This document shows positions 10,558 through 21,653 of a stretch of 64,000 nt of DNA, in pieces (position 1 is the first letter of the stretch; the number at the start of each line of letters is the position of its first letter). The notes under the pieces are model-generated. The model searched no databases and was not told the DNA's origin. It saw only the letters and a list, made by a program, of their open reading frames with translations. A program made the position numbers and the translations under genes. The stretch is from an uncultured Arcobacteraceae bacterium (lineage in GTDB: Bacteria > Campylobacterota > Campylobacteria > Campylobacterales > Arcobacteraceae). The stretch covers positions 1 through 64,000 of the forward strand of contig CAXHZO010000009.1 of the NCBI GenBank assembly GCA_964022095.1, read 5' to 3'.

Positions 10558-11930
10558 TGATTGGTATAGTTATGTTTTTTACAGCATTATTTATGCTGTT
10601 AATTGGATTCCCTGTTGCATTTACATTTGCAGCTGTGTCAGTTTTCTTTGGTATGATTGCAGGAATTGCAGAAGTTTTAAGTTACTCAGAAGAGGGTATG
10701 ACATTATTAAATATCCTTTCAGAAGGTATACATGAAGGTATTTTAATGTTCGATTATATGCCTTTTAGAATCTACTCAATTCAGCAAAACACTATTTTAA
10801 TGGCAATTCCAATGTTTATTTTTATGGGTATTGTTTTACAAAAAACAGGACTTGCTGAAAAACTATTAGAATCAATGGGATTCTTATTTGGAGAGATTAG
10901 AGGTGGAGTTGCTATTTCAACTGTATTAGTAGGAACTTTACTAGCAGCTTCTACAGGTGTTGTTGGAGCTTCTGTTGTTGCAATGGGTGTTATTTCACTT
11001 CCAGTTATGATGAAATATAAATATAACACGCCATTAGCATGTGGAACTATTTGTGCATCAGGAACACTTGGACAAATAATTCCTCCTTCAATTGTTTTAA
11101 TTATATTAGGAGATGTATTCCAAGTTCCAGTAGGTGATTTATTCGCAGCTGCTGTTTGGCCTGGACTTGCACTTGTTGCAGCATATATTATTTATATTTT
11201 AATTGTTTCATTTTTAAATAAAGATATGGCACCAGCAATTCCTGCTGATGAAGGTAGAGGAAATAAAAAACAGCAAGTTATAAAAGCATTAATTGATATT
11301 ATTCCTTCACTTACACTTATTGTTTTAGTTTTAGGTTCAATTTTTGCAGGTGTTGCAACACCAACTGAATCAGCTGCTGTTGGTTGTATTGGTGCAGTTT
11401 TATTAGCAGTTATGTACAGAACATTCACAATAGGGATGGTAAAAGATGCAGCTTTAGAATCTGTTAAAATTACTTCAATGGTATTTGGTATTTTAATTGG
11501 TGCTACAGCATTTTCTATGGTATTCTCATACACTGGTGGAGAAGAAATTGTTGAACACTTTATGTTAAATTTACCAGGTGATGAGAAATGGGGATTCATT
11601 ATATTTACAATGTTAGCAATTCTAGTTTTAGGATTCTTTATTGACTTTATTGAAATCTCATATATTATTGTTCCAATTTTAATTCCAGTATCACAAACAC
11701 TTGGAATTGACCCAGTTTGGTTTGCAATTTTAATTGCTTTAAACTTACAAACATCATTCTTAACACCACCATTTGGGTTTAGTTTGTTCTACTTAAAAGG
11801 ATGTGCACCTGCAGGGGTGAGAACAACTCAAATCTATAAAGGTGTTTTACCATTTATTGCTATACAAATAGTTGTATTAGCAATCGTAGCATTCTATCCA
11901 GAGATATTTGGAATGAGTATTACAGAATAA
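10557..11930 (+). CDS. dctM: TRAP transporter large permease
   Basis: GTLGQIIPPS, TPTES and FLTPPFG motifs. Confidence 0.93.
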   Translation: MIGIVMFFTALFMLLIGFPVAFTFAAVSVFFGMIAGIAEVLSYSEEGMTLLNILSEGIHEGILMFDYMPFRIYSIQQNTILMAIPMFIFMGIVLQKTGLAEKLLESMGFLFGEIRGGVAISTVLVGTLLAASTGVVGASVVAMGVISLPVMMKYKYNTPLACGTICASGTLGQIIPPSIVLIILGDVFQVPVGDLFAAAVWPGLALVAAYIIYILIVSFLNKDMAPAIPADEGRGNKKQQVIKALIDIIPSLTLIVLVLGSIFAGVATPTESAAVGCIGAVLLAVMYRTFTIGMVKDAALESVKITSMVFGILIGATAFSMVFSYTGGEEIVEHFMLNLPGDEKWGFIIFTMLAILVLGFFIDFIEISYIIVPILIPVSQTLGIDPVWFAILIALNLQTSFLTPPFGFSLFYLKGCAPAGVRTTQIYKGVLPFIAIQIVVLAIVAFYPEIFGMSITE

Positions 11931-12104
11931 CAAGAAGGCCCATTATGTCACCATATTTAAGATTAATATCAACTATAGTTTTAAAACAATGTGACATAAT
12001 GCATGCTTTTATAAATGATCCTCAACAAAGAATATACACAGTACCTCGCCTTGAATAACAAAATCCTATAACTTAATAAAAACAAAAAATTTTAGGAGAA
12101 CACA

Positions 12105-14948
12105 ATGTTAGAAGGAAAATACCAAGATTTTTATAATCAAATTATAAATAAGATTTCAAAAGAAAATATCTTTACGGATAAATTGCATACTTTAGCTTAT
12201 GGAACAGATGCTTCTTTTTATAGACTTATTCCAAAAATAGTTATAAAAACTGATAGGGCAAGTGAAGTTGAAGAGATTATTAAACTATCAAACCAGATGG
12301 ACTTAACAATTACATTTAGAGCTGCTGGAACTTCACTTTCTGGACAAGCTATTAGTGATAGTATTTTAATTATAACTTCAAGAAAATTTACTAATTTTAA
12401 AATTGCAGATGATAAAAGTACAATCTCACTAGAACCAGCTTTAACAGGACAACAAGTAAATAACTTATTAGCTCCTTATGGTAAAAAGATTGGTCCAGAT
12501 CCAGCTAGTATAAATGCAGCTATGATTGGTGGAATTGCAGCTAATAATGCATCAGGTATGTGTTGTGGTATTTCACAAAACTCATATAAAACACTTAAAT
12601 CTATGAAGCTAATCTTTGGAGATGGAACAAAGCTTGATACAGCTTGTAATGAAAGTAAAAAAGCTTTTAAACAATCTCATGGGGAATTCTTAACAGATTT
12701 AAAAAAGCTATCAGATGATACAAAATCAAATGAAGATTTAAGAGCAAAGATTGAAAGAAAATTTAAAATCAAAAATACATGTGGTTACTCACTAAATGCA
12801 CTAATTGATTTTGATGATGAGTTTGAGATTTTACAGCATTTAATTATTGGTAGTGAAGGAACACTAGCATTTATTGAAGAAATAACTTACTACACAGTTG
12901 AAGATTATAAAGATAAAGCAAGTGCACTGATTTATTTTAAAGATGTAAAAGAAGCATGTAGTGCTGTTACAAAATTAAAGCTTGCAAAAGATGCAAATAC
13001 TATAAATGTAGAAGCTGTTGAACTTATGGATAGAGCTGGACTTGCAAGTATTGAAAATGATGAAAGCATGCCTGAGTATATCAAAACTTTTGATGAAAAT
13101 GTAACTGCACTTTTAATTGAAACAAGAGCAATAAATGATAAAAATCTTGACACTCAAATTTCTCAAATAGAAGAATTACTTCAAGAGTTTAGTGTAGTAA
13201 GGGATATCTATTTTACAAAAGATGTTGAAGAGTACACACTTTATTGGAAAATTAGAAAAGGTCTTTTCCCAGCTGTAGGAGCAGTAAGAGAAACAGGAAC
13301 AACTGTTATTATCGAAGATGTTGCATATCCAATTGAATGTTTAGCTGAAGCTACACTAGAACTTCAAGATTTATTTAAAAAACATGGTTATACAGAAGCT
13401 TTAATCTTTGGTCATGCACTTGAAGGAAATTTTCACTTTGTATTTACTCAAGATTTTGCAATACAAGAAGAAGTTGATAGATATGATGCATTTATGAATG
13501 ATGTTGTAAATTCTGTTGCAGTTAAATACCAAGGAAGTTTAAAAGCAGAACATGGTACTGGTAGAAATATGGCAGCATTTATTGAAGTAGAGTGGGGAAA
13601 TGATGCATATCTTATGATGAAAAAAATCAAAGAATTATTTGATCCAAAATCACTATTAAATCCAGGTGTAATTATAAATGATGATGCACAAGCCCACCTA
13701 AAAAATCTAAAAGCAATGCCTGCAACTAATGAAATAGTTGATAAGTGTATTGAGTGCGGATTTTGTGAACCAACTTGTCCATCAAATGATTTAACACTAA
13801 CTCCAAGACAAAGAATTGTGCTTAATAGAGAGATTTCATATCAAGAAAGCATTGGTAACCATGAAGAAGCAAAAGAGTTAAAAGATTTATATCAATATGA
13901 TGGAATAGAAACTTGTGCAACATGTAGTTTATGTTCAAGTGCATGTCCAGTAAAAATTGATACAGGAAGTTTAACTAAGCACTTAAGAGCTGAGCAAATT
14001 AGCTCAAGTGGTAAAAGTATTGCTAATTTTGTAGCAAATAACTTTTCAACTACTTTAAAAGGTGTTAGATTTGGACTTCATAGTGCAAACTTTATTCACA
14101 AAGTGTTAGGTACTGCTAGCATGGAAAGTGTTTGTAATACATTTAGAGATTTAAGTAAAGGCAAAATTCCTAAGTGGTCAGCTACTATGCCAAAAGCTAC
14201 AAATATCAACTTAAATTTTGAACAAAAAGTAAGTGATAAAAAAGTAGTTTATTTCCCTTCATGTATTACTAGAAGCATGGGATTAGATGATTTATCAAAA
14301 GAAGAGAAACAACTATTTGATGTAACAGTTGAACTACTTCAAAAAGCAGGTTTCCAAATAGTATTTCCTCAAGATTTACCAAATCTATGTTGTGGTATGC
14401 CATTTAGTTCAAAAGGCTTTAATGATGCAGCAAATACAAAATCAGCACAACTTGAAGATGCACTATTAAATGCAAGTGAATTTGGTACGTATCCAATACT
14501 ATGTGATACAAGTCCATGTACTAAAAAGATGCTAGAGAGTTTTTCTCATAGTGATTTAGATATTTATGAACCAATAGAATTTGCACTAGAGTTTTTATCA
14601 AAAGATCTAGAGTTTACACCTATAAAAGAGCCTATTACTATTCATACTACTTGTAGTTCTAGAAAGATGGGATTAGAAACTAAATTTAAAAAATTAGCAC
14701 AACTTTGTTCAAATGAAGTAATCATTCCTGCTGATGTTCAGTGTTGTGGATTTGCTGGTGATAGAGGGTTTAATTTTCCAGAATTAAACAAATCAGCTCT
14801 TAGAAATCTAAACACTCAAATTAAAGGTGCTAAATATGCATTTAGTACATCAAAAACTTGTGAAATCGGTCTTTCTGATGAATCAGGATTAGATTATAAC
14901 TCTATTTTCTATCTTATTAATAAAGTAACAAAATCTAAAAATTTATAA
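12105..14948 (+). CDS. FAD- and Fe-S-containing (Dld-II type) D-lactate dehydrogenase
   Basis: FRAAGTSLSGQ, GPDPAS, IGSEGTLA, KAEHGTG; two CxxCxxCxxxCP motifs; C-terminal CCG domains. Confidence 0.88.
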   Translation: MLEGKYQDFYNQIINKISKENIFTDKLHTLAYGTDASFYRLIPKIVIKTDRASEVEEIIKLSNQMDLTITFRAAGTSLSGQAISDSILIITSRKFTNFKIADDKSTISLEPALTGQQVNNLLAPYGKKIGPDPASINAAMIGGIAANNASGMCCGISQNSYKTLKSMKLIFGDGTKLDTACNESKKAFKQSHGEFLTDLKKLSDDTKSNEDLRAKIERKFKIKNTCGYSLNALIDFDDEFEILQHLIIGSEGTLAFIEEITYYTVEDYKDKASALIYFKDVKEACSAVTKLKLAKDANTINVEAVELMDRAGLASIENDESMPEYIKTFDENVTALLIETRAINDKNLDTQISQIEELLQEFSVVRDIYFTKDVEEYTLYWKIRKGLFPAVGAVRETGTTVIIEDVAYPIECLAEATLELQDLFKKHGYTEALIFGHALEGNFHFVFTQDFAIQEEVDRYDAFMNDVVNSVAVKYQGSLKAEHGTGRNMAAFIEVEWGNDAYLMMKKIKELFDPKSLLNPGVIINDDAQAHLKNLKAMPATNEIVDKCIECGFCEPTCPSNDLTLTPRQRIVLNREISYQESIGNHEEAKELKDLYQYDGIETCATCSLCSSACPVKIDTGSLTKHLRAEQISSSGKSIANFVANNFSTTLKGVRFGLHSANFIHKVLGTASMESVCNTFRDLSKGKIPKWSATMPKATNINLNFEQKVSDKKVVYFPSCITRSMGLDDLSKEEKQLFDVTVELLQKAGFQIVFPQDLPNLCCGMPFSSKGFNDAANTKSAQLEDALLNASEFGTYPILCDTSPCTKKMLESFSHSDLDIYEPIEFALEFLSKDLEFTPIKEPITIHTTCSSRKMGLETKFKKLAQLCSNEVIIPADVQCCGFAGDRGFNFPELNKSALRNLNTQIKGAKYAFSTSKTCEIGLSDESGLDYNSIFYLINKVTKSKNL

Positions 14949-15021
14949 TCTTTTTTTTATCAAAACAGATATTTACCATTAATTTGGTAAAATATCTGCT
15001 TTAAGAGAAAAAGGAATTATA

Positions 15022-15846
15022 ATGAACAAGCTTTTTTTATCACTATTACTTAGTACGAGTCTATCTTTTGCTTCAATAATTAATGGTGTTGCAATTACTG
15101 TAAATGAAGACCCAATTACTTTATACGATATTGAAAAAACTGCAAAGCAAAATAATGTAGATAAAAATACAGCAGTTAGTGCATTAATAGATAAAATACT
15201 ATATGAACAATTAGTAAAAGAGCATAATATTACTGCTGATATTTTTGATGTAAATGAATATATCGAAAAACTAGCAGCGACTAATAATATGGATGTTTAT
15301 ACTTTTAAATCAGTTATTAAACAAAAATATCCAAATTATTCAGTTTTTGAAAATGAAGCAAAAAGTGCTGTAATTAGACAAAAACTAATTCAAAAAATCG
15401 TTAAAGGGCAATTAAGCATAGCTTCTGAAGATGATTTAAAACTTTATTACGAAAATAATAAAGATCAGTTTACAACAGCAAATAGTTTTGATATTGTTAG
15501 ATATGCATCTACAAATAAAGCCTCACTAATTAGTGCATTAAAAAATCCACTAGTAATTCCTACTGATGTACAAAGATCTCCAGGAACATTACAATCTAGT
15601 GAAATTCCTGCTCAATTACAATATCTTTTAACAGAGACAAAAGTAAATACTTTTACTCCTATTTTTACAGCAAATAGTCAATATACAGCTATCTTTGTTA
15701 CAAAAAAAAGTGGTCAAAGTGCTATTGCATTTGAAAATGTTAAAGGGAAAATCTTTAATGACTTAATGAAATTAAGAGAAAAAAAATACCTAAAAGAGTA
15801 TTTCGAAAAACAAAAACTTATAGCAGATATAAAAATAGTTAGATAA
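15022..15846 (+). CDS. SurA-like periplasmic chaperone / PPIase-family protein
   Basis: Signal peptide followed by GVAITVNEDPITLYDI (SurA N-terminal-like); upstream of gatB. Confidence 0.7.
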   Translation: MNKLFLSLLLSTSLSFASIINGVAITVNEDPITLYDIEKTAKQNNVDKNTAVSALIDKILYEQLVKEHNITADIFDVNEYIEKLAATNNMDVYTFKSVIKQKYPNYSVFENEAKSAVIRQKLIQKIVKGQLSIASEDDLKLYYENNKDQFTTANSFDIVRYASTNKASLISALKNPLVIPTDVQRSPGTLQSSEIPAQLQYLLTETKVNTFTPIFTANSQYTAIFVTKKSGQSAIAFENVKGKIFNDLMKLREKKYLKEYFEKQKLIADIKIVR

Positions 15847-15856
15847 AAGGAAATAA

Positions 15857-17290
15857 ATGTCAGATATGTTTGAAGTAATTATTGGATTAGAAGTTCACGT
15901 ACAATTAAACACAAATAGTAAGCTATTTTGTTCTTGTGCAACAAGTTTTGGAGAAGAGCCAAATACAAATACTTGTCCAACATGTTTAGGACTACCAGGT
16001 GCACTTCCTGTACTAAATAAAGAAGCAGTTCATAAATCAATTATGTTAGGTACTGCACTTAATTCACAAATTAATAAAAAATCTATATTTAACAGAAAAA
16101 ACTACTTCTATCCTGATTTACCTAATGGTTATCAAATTTCTCAATTTGAAGTTCCAGTTGTAGGACTTGGAGAATTAGTAATCGACTTTGAAGATGGAAC
16201 TAGTAAGACTATTGGAGTTACAAGAGCTCACTTAGAAAATGATGCAGGTAAAAATATCCATGCAGGTTCTGTTTCACATGTTGATTTAAATAGAGCTGGA
16301 ACGCCTTTACTTGAAATCGTATCTGAACCAGATATGAGAAACGCAACAGAGGCAATCTTATACCTTAAAAAGCTTCACTCTATTGTAAGATATCTTGGAA
16401 TTAGTGATGCTAATATGCAAGAAGGTTCATTTAGATGTGATGTAAATGTTTCTATTAGACCAAAAGGTGATGATAAACTTTACACAAGATGTGAAATCAA
16501 AAACATGAACTCTTTTAAATTTATTGAAAGAGCTATCAAATATGAAGTAAGTAGACATATTGAAGCTTGGGAAGATGGTATACATTCAACTGAGATTGTT
16601 CAAGAAACAAGACTATTTGATCCAGATTCTGGTGAAACTAGATCTATGAGAGGGAAAGAAGACGCAGCTGATTATAGATACTTCCCAGATCCTGACCTTT
16701 TACCTTTAGTAATCACTGATGAAATGATGGAAAAATATTCACAAATTCCAGAATTACCAGATGAGAAGAAACAAAGATTTGTAAAAGAGTTTGGATTAAA
16801 AGAGTATGATGCATCTGTAATTACAGCTTCACTAGAAACTGCGAACTTCTTTGATGAAATGATGAAAGAAGGAATTAGTGGTAAAAATGCTGCTACTTGG
16901 TTAACAGTAGAATTACCAGGAAGATTTGCAGAGGGTGTATCAATTGAAAACTCACCTGTAAATACTAAAACTTTAGCAACTGTTGTAAAAAGAATTGAAG
17001 ATGGAACAATTTCTGGAAAAGCAGCTAAAGAAGTACTTGATTACTTAATTGAAAATGATGAAGAAGTTGATAGTGTTATTGAAAAGCTTGGATTAAAGCA
17101 AGTAAGTGATGATGGTGCTATTTTAGATATCATTGATGGTATTCTTGCAGCTAATGAAGATAAAGTTGCTGAATATAAAGGCGGTAAAGAAAAACTATTT
17201 GGATTCTTTGTAGGTCAAACTATGAAAGCATCTAAAGGTAGTGCAAACCCAGCTAAAGTAAATGAGCTATTAAAAGAAAGACTTTCATAA
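15857..17290 (+). CDS. gatB: Asp/Glu-tRNA amidotransferase subunit B
   Basis: [41 protein letters not shown]. Confidence 0.98.
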   Translation: MSDMFEVIIGLEVHVQLNTNSKLFCSCATSFGEEPNTNTCPTCLGLPGALPVLNKEAVHKSIMLGTALNSQINKKSIFNRKNYFYPDLPNGYQISQFEVPVVGLGELVIDFEDGTSKTIGVTRAHLENDAGKNIHAGSVSHVDLNRAGTPLLEIVSEPDMRNATEAILYLKKLHSIVRYLGISDANMQEGSFRCDVNVSIRPKGDDKLYTRCEIKNMNSFKFIERAIKYEVSRHIEAWEDGIHSTEIVQETRLFDPDSGETRSMRGKEDAADYRYFPDPDLLPLVITDEMMEKYSQIPELPDEKKQRFVKEFGLKEYDASVITASLETANFFDEMMKEGISGKNAATWLTVELPGRFAEGVSIENSPVNTKTLATVVKRIEDGTISGKAAKEVLDYLIENDEEVDSVIEKLGLKQVSDDGAILDIIDGILAANEDKVAEYKGGKEKLFGFFVGQTMKASKGSANPAKVNELLKERLS

Positions 17291-18186
17291 TGAATAAAAA
17301 CACAATCGCAGTTATTGGAGCAGGTAAATGGGGTCAAGCACTTCACTTTGCTCTTAATCAAAAACAAAAATGTCTAATCACTTCAAGAACAAAAAGAGAT
17401 ATAGAGAATTTTGTTGATTTAGAAACTGCAATGGATTGTGAGTATTTAGTAATTGCTATTCCAGCACAAGAAATTAGAGCTTGGTTAAACAAAAATTTCA
17501 AGTTTAAAGGTCAAAAAGTACTTGTTGCTTCAAAAGGAATTGAAGCAAGTACTGGTGAGTTTTTAAATGAAATTTATGCTGATTTTGTACCTGAAAAAAA
17601 CATAGGATTTATTTCAGGACCTTCTTTTGCAGCTGAAGTTATTCAAGGTTTACCTTGTGCCTTAGTGATTAATTCTCAATCAAAAAAAATATATAAGCAA
17701 TTTAGTCCATTTTTCCCTGATTTTATAAAAACTTACTATAGTTCTGATGTTATTGGAGCTGAAGTTGCAGGAGCATATAAAAATGTTTTAGCAATAGCAA
17801 GTGGAATTTGTGAAGGATTAAACCTAGGTAAAAATGCACAAGCTTCATTAATATCAAGGGGCTTAGTAGAAATGCAAAGATTTGGTAAGTTCTTTGGAGC
17901 TAAAAAATCATCATTTATAGGTCTTAGTGGTGCGGGAGATTTATTTTTAACTGCTAATTCAACTATGAGTAGAAATTTTAGAGTTGGACTAGGACTTGCA
18001 CAAAATAAAAGCTTAGAAACTATATTAGAAGAACTAGGGGAAGTAGCAGAAGGTGTTAAAACTGCAATTGCTATAAAATCTTTATCTGAAGAACACTCAA
18101 TTTATACACCAATTGCAAATGAAGTTTATGAAGTATTAAACGGAAAAACAACTCAAGAGAGTTTAAAAGATTTATTAAAAGACTAA
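17290..18186 (+). CDS. gpsA: NAD(P)H-dependent glycerol-3-phosphate dehydrogenase
   Basis: GAGKWG, SGPSFA, KNVLAIA, GAGDLFLT, SRN. Confidence 0.95.
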   Translation: MNKNTIAVIGAGKWGQALHFALNQKQKCLITSRTKRDIENFVDLETAMDCEYLVIAIPAQEIRAWLNKNFKFKGQKVLVASKGIEASTGEFLNEIYADFVPEKNIGFISGPSFAAEVIQGLPCALVINSQSKKIYKQFSPFFPDFIKTYYSSDVIGAEVAGAYKNVLAIASGICEGLNLGKNAQASLISRGLVEMQRFGKFFGAKKSSFIGLSGAGDLFLTANSTMSRNFRVGLGLAQNKSLETILEELGEVAEGVKTAIAIKSLSEEHSIYTPIANEVYEVLNGKTTQESLKDLLKD

Positions 18187-18218
18187 TAAAAATCTAAAAA
18201 CTAAGCTAAAATAGTTTT

Positions 18219-18914
18219 ATGAAAACAATACCTTTAATCAACTTACTATATTGTCTTATTCCTTTAGCTATTGTTTGGTTTTATTATAAGAAATGGACCA
18301 ATAACTCAACAGAAATTATCTATGCTACAATTAGAATGGTATTACAACTACTAATCATTGGCTACTTGCTTATTTACATATTTGAACAGAGAAATTCAAT
18401 AGTAGAATCATTTATATTACTATTTATGATATGTATTTCAACACTAATTACAATCAGAAATGTAAAAGATAAAAGTTTCAATACCTATCTAATTATTTTT
18501 AGTTCAATTCTTCTATCAGGTCTATTTCACCTTATATTAGCAATTATATTTGTATTAGAAATCGAATTATTTTACAAACCACAGTATGTAATACCAATTG
18601 CAGGTATGATATTTGCAAACTGCATGAATGTGTTATCAATAGGTATAGAAAGATTTGAAAAAGAGCTATCTAGAAATGAAAGTTTTGAAGAAGCAAGAAG
18701 TATTGCATTTAAAGCAGCATTAATACCCCAAATAAACTCTTTTTTAGCTGTAGGACTTGTATCTTTACCTGGAATGATGACAGGACAAATACTATCTGGT
18801 GTTGATCCATTAATAGCAGTTAGATACCAAATAATGATCATGGCGATTATACTTTCAACAGCAGGGATTACAAATATATTGTACTTCACATTAAAGAAGA
18901 AATTTAGCTTCTAA
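18219..18914 (+). CDS. UPF0014 (YbbM/FetB-like) ABC permease
   Basis: GLVSLPGMMTGQILSG...AVRYQI signature. Confidence 0.85.
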   Translation: MKTIPLINLLYCLIPLAIVWFYYKKWTNNSTEIIYATIRMVLQLLIIGYLLIYIFEQRNSIVESFILLFMICISTLITIRNVKDKSFNTYLIIFSSILLSGLFHLILAIIFVLEIELFYKPQYVIPIAGMIFANCMNVLSIGIERFEKELSRNESFEEARSIAFKAALIPQINSFLAVGLVSLPGMMTGQILSGVDPLIAVRYQIMIMAIILSTAGITNILYFTLKKKFSF

Positions 18915-18967
18915 TTGAGTTTTTCACAGATTTTAGATAAAGTAAGCAAAAAACCTAAAGGATTATA

Positions 18968-19954
18968 ATGAAAGCATTTCTTGTAGAAAAAAAAGATGAT
19001 GAATTTATCTCAGATGTAAAAGAAGTTATTACACCTAAATGTGAAAATGAAAATGAGATAGTAATAAAAGTAAGTTATTCATCACTTAACTATAAAGATG
19101 CTCTAAGTTCAATAGGTAATCCAGGTGTTACAAAAAAATTTCCTCATATTACAGGAATTGATGTTGCAGGAACAGTTTCTGAATCAACATCAAATATATT
19201 TAAAGTAGGTGAAAGAGTACTAGTTACAGGTTATGACCTAGGAATGAACTGTGATGGTGGCCATGCACAATATGTTAAAGTACCTGCTTCTTGGGTAGCA
19301 AGAATACCTGATGCAATAAGTGAAAAAGATATTATGACATTAGGAACTGCAGGATTGACTGCTGCGTTAAGTGTTAATGAACTAAGAGAAAATGGCATTA
19401 AATCAGAAACAGGAGAAATTCTTGTTACTGGAGCAACTGGGGGAGTTGGTTCTATTGCAGTATCAATCTTAAGAAAAATGGGATACACAGTTACAGCAAT
19501 AACTGGGAAAAAAGAGAGAATAGATTTTTTAAAAAGAATTGGTGCAAATGAAGTAATTCATAGAGATGAATTTGATATAGAAACAAATAGACCATTAATG
19601 AGCGAAAAATATGCAGGTGTAATTGATACAGTTGGTGGCTCTATATTAGCAACAGCGCTTAAACAAGTAAAATATGATGGTGTAGTTACATGTTGTGGTT
19701 TAACATCATCTCATGAGCTTAATACAAATGTATTCCCTTTTATTTTAAGAGGTATAAGATTAATTGGTATTGATTCTGTTGAATGCAAGTTAGAAAAAAA
19801 ACAAGCTGCTTGGGAAAAGTTAGCTAGTAAGTGGAGAATTGACAGTTTAAGTAACATAACAACAGAAATCACACTAGATGAAATAAAAGCTACTTATGAA
19901 AAAATACTTTCTGGAAAAATTGTAGGAAGATATGTAGTTAAAATAGATGAATAA
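18968..19954 (+). CDS. YhdH/AcuI-family zinc-independent oxidoreductase (acryloyl-CoA reductase-like)
   Basis: YSSLNYKD, GTAGLTA, VTGATGGVG, PFILRG...GIDSV. Confidence 0.88.
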   Translation: MKAFLVEKKDDEFISDVKEVITPKCENENEIVIKVSYSSLNYKDALSSIGNPGVTKKFPHITGIDVAGTVSESTSNIFKVGERVLVTGYDLGMNCDGGHAQYVKVPASWVARIPDAISEKDIMTLGTAGLTAALSVNELRENGIKSETGEILVTGATGGVGSIAVSILRKMGYTVTAITGKKERIDFLKRIGANEVIHRDEFDIETNRPLMSEKYAGVIDTVGGSILATALKQVKYDGVVTCCGLTSSHELNTNVFPFILRGIRLIGIDSVECKLEKKQAAWEKLASKWRIDSLSNITTEITLDEIKATYEKILSGKIVGRYVVKIDE

Positions 19955-19969
19955 CTAAGTTATACTTAG

Positions 19970-20452
19970 TTATCCAACGTTTACTTCGCCAGTTTCAACT
20001 TTTTGGCTATATATAGTCTCTTTACCAGTTTTTAGAATTTTAGCTTGCTCTACCCATTGATTGTTTTTAGCACAACCTGGTTCTAATAAGAATGATTCAA
20101 TCCAATCACAATTTTTACTTGACCAGCTAGCAATTTGATCAAAATGATATATACCAAGTGTGTTTAAATCTGTTTCTATTTTAGCAGTTACACCTTTGAT
20201 TTTTTTCAAATTATCTTTACCTGAAGTTTTAGGCGAACTTGTAACTAATGGCTTATTATCTAAGTTAGAATTCTTTTTAAAGATAGGATTAACACCTGAT
20301 TTAGATTTTCTATCATTTAAATCTTTTATCTTTTTATCATTTTTAGTAGTTATTTGTTTCAAAGAACCTTTACCTAAAAAGTATCCTAAAGCACCTCCAA
20401 TAGCAAATGCTATTAAAAGATTTATAACTATTAATGAAGCAATCTCTAACAT
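19970..20452 (-). CDS. Membrane-anchored protein with C-terminal COG3743-like (helix-hairpin-helix) domain
   Basis: N-terminal TM; DNLKKIKGV...LNTLGIYHFDQIASW...WVEQA. Confidence 0.65.
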   Translation of the reverse strand: MLEIASLIVINLLIAFAIGGALGYFLGKGSLKQITTKNDKKIKDLNDRKSKSGVNPIFKKNSNLDNKPLVTSSPKTSGKDNLKKIKGVTAKIETDLNTLGIYHFDQIASWSSKNCDWIESFLLEPGCAKNNQWVEQAKILKTGKETIYSQKVETGEVNVG

Positions 20453-21511
20453 TTATTCTCCTAAAACTTTTATTTCAACTCTTCTATTTATTTCAGATAA
20501 ACCATCTTTATCATCTTCAGCTATAGGAAAATCTTCACCATAACCAATAGCTTTAAGTCTTGATTTATCAATACCTAAATCTACTAATGCATTCATAACA
20601 CTATTTGCTCTATCTTGTGAGATTCTTTTATTTAAAGAAGCTGCACCTCTTGAATCAGTATGTCCACCAATCTCAATATTTAAGCTCTCATTACTTTTTA
20701 AAATTTCAGCAACTTGTTTTACAGATGAAAATGAATCATTTGTAATTTTAGTACTTCTTCTTTCAAAAGTAATTTTATTTTCTTCTAATACTTTGTTAAT
20801 ACTAGACTGAACTTCTTGTGTTTTTTCAGTATTAACTTTTTTAGCAATTTTAACAATATCTTCATTTTTTGCTAGATCTTTTATATTATTAATCTTTTTA
20901 TCTTTAATAGTATCTATAATCTCTTCAGTTTTTGATTTATTGTTAAGTGTTAAACTTGAAAGATCAATATCTAAACCAACTCTATTTACAATTGATTTTA
21001 ATAGTTCACTATAACTTGGATCTTTTAATTCACCAGTTAATGTAACTTCATCACCGTTAATAGCTAATTTTGAACCATCTGATAAAAAATCTTTAAATGG
21101 AGTAACTAGTTCAGAAATTTTTTGTAAAAGTTCATTATCTAAAGTTATTGCAGGATTGTATTTATAACTACCTTCTCTGTTAATATTTAAAAGATTTTCT
21201 ACTTCGGCTGCCTGAGCTTCGTCTTTTAAAATACCATTCATAGATACATTTCCATTGTCTTTTACTAACTCTAAATTCATTGGATTAGTATTTTGTTCTA
21301 CAACAGGTTCTTCTTCACCTAAAGTACTAGAAACTTTTTGTTTAATATCATTAAATTTATTCATAATTGAATCAACAAATTCATTTTTTTGTGGTTCAAC
21401 AACATCATTAGAGTTTGAATTACTTAAAATAGTTTTATACTCAAAACTAGTTATAGTATACACTATTAGTGCAACTAATAACAAAAGTAAAATGATTACT
21501 TTTTTTCCCAT
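20453..21511 (-). CDS. OmpA-C (peptidoglycan-binding) protein with N-terminal anchor and BON-like middle
   Basis: IEIGGHTDSRG, ISQDRA, GYGE and NRRVEI motifs. Confidence 0.85.
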   Translation of the reverse strand: MGKKVIILLLLLVALIVYTITSFEYKTILSNSNSNDVVEPQKNEFVDSIMNKFNDIKQKVSSTLGEEEPVVEQNTNPMNLELVKDNGNVSMNGILKDEAQAAEVENLLNINREGSYKYNPAITLDNELLQKISELVTPFKDFLSDGSKLAINGDEVTLTGELKDPSYSELLKSIVNRVGLDIDLSSLTLNNKSKTEEIIDTIKDKKINNIKDLAKNEDIVKIAKKVNTEKTQEVQSSINKVLEENKITFERRSTKITNDSFSSVKQVAEILKSNESLNIEIGGHTDSRGAASLNKRISQDRANSVMNALVDLGIDKSRLKAIGYGEDFPIAEDDKDGLSEINRRVEIKVLGE

Positions 21512-21653
21512 TTAAATTTCCTTATTGAAATATATAATTTTTGTGATTATATCTAAAATATACAAATTTTCAATTAATTTTACAATATTTATTAGTAAAA
21601 GATGAATATCTTTTCATAAAATAACTATTCAAAATAGGATGATTCATAAATAA

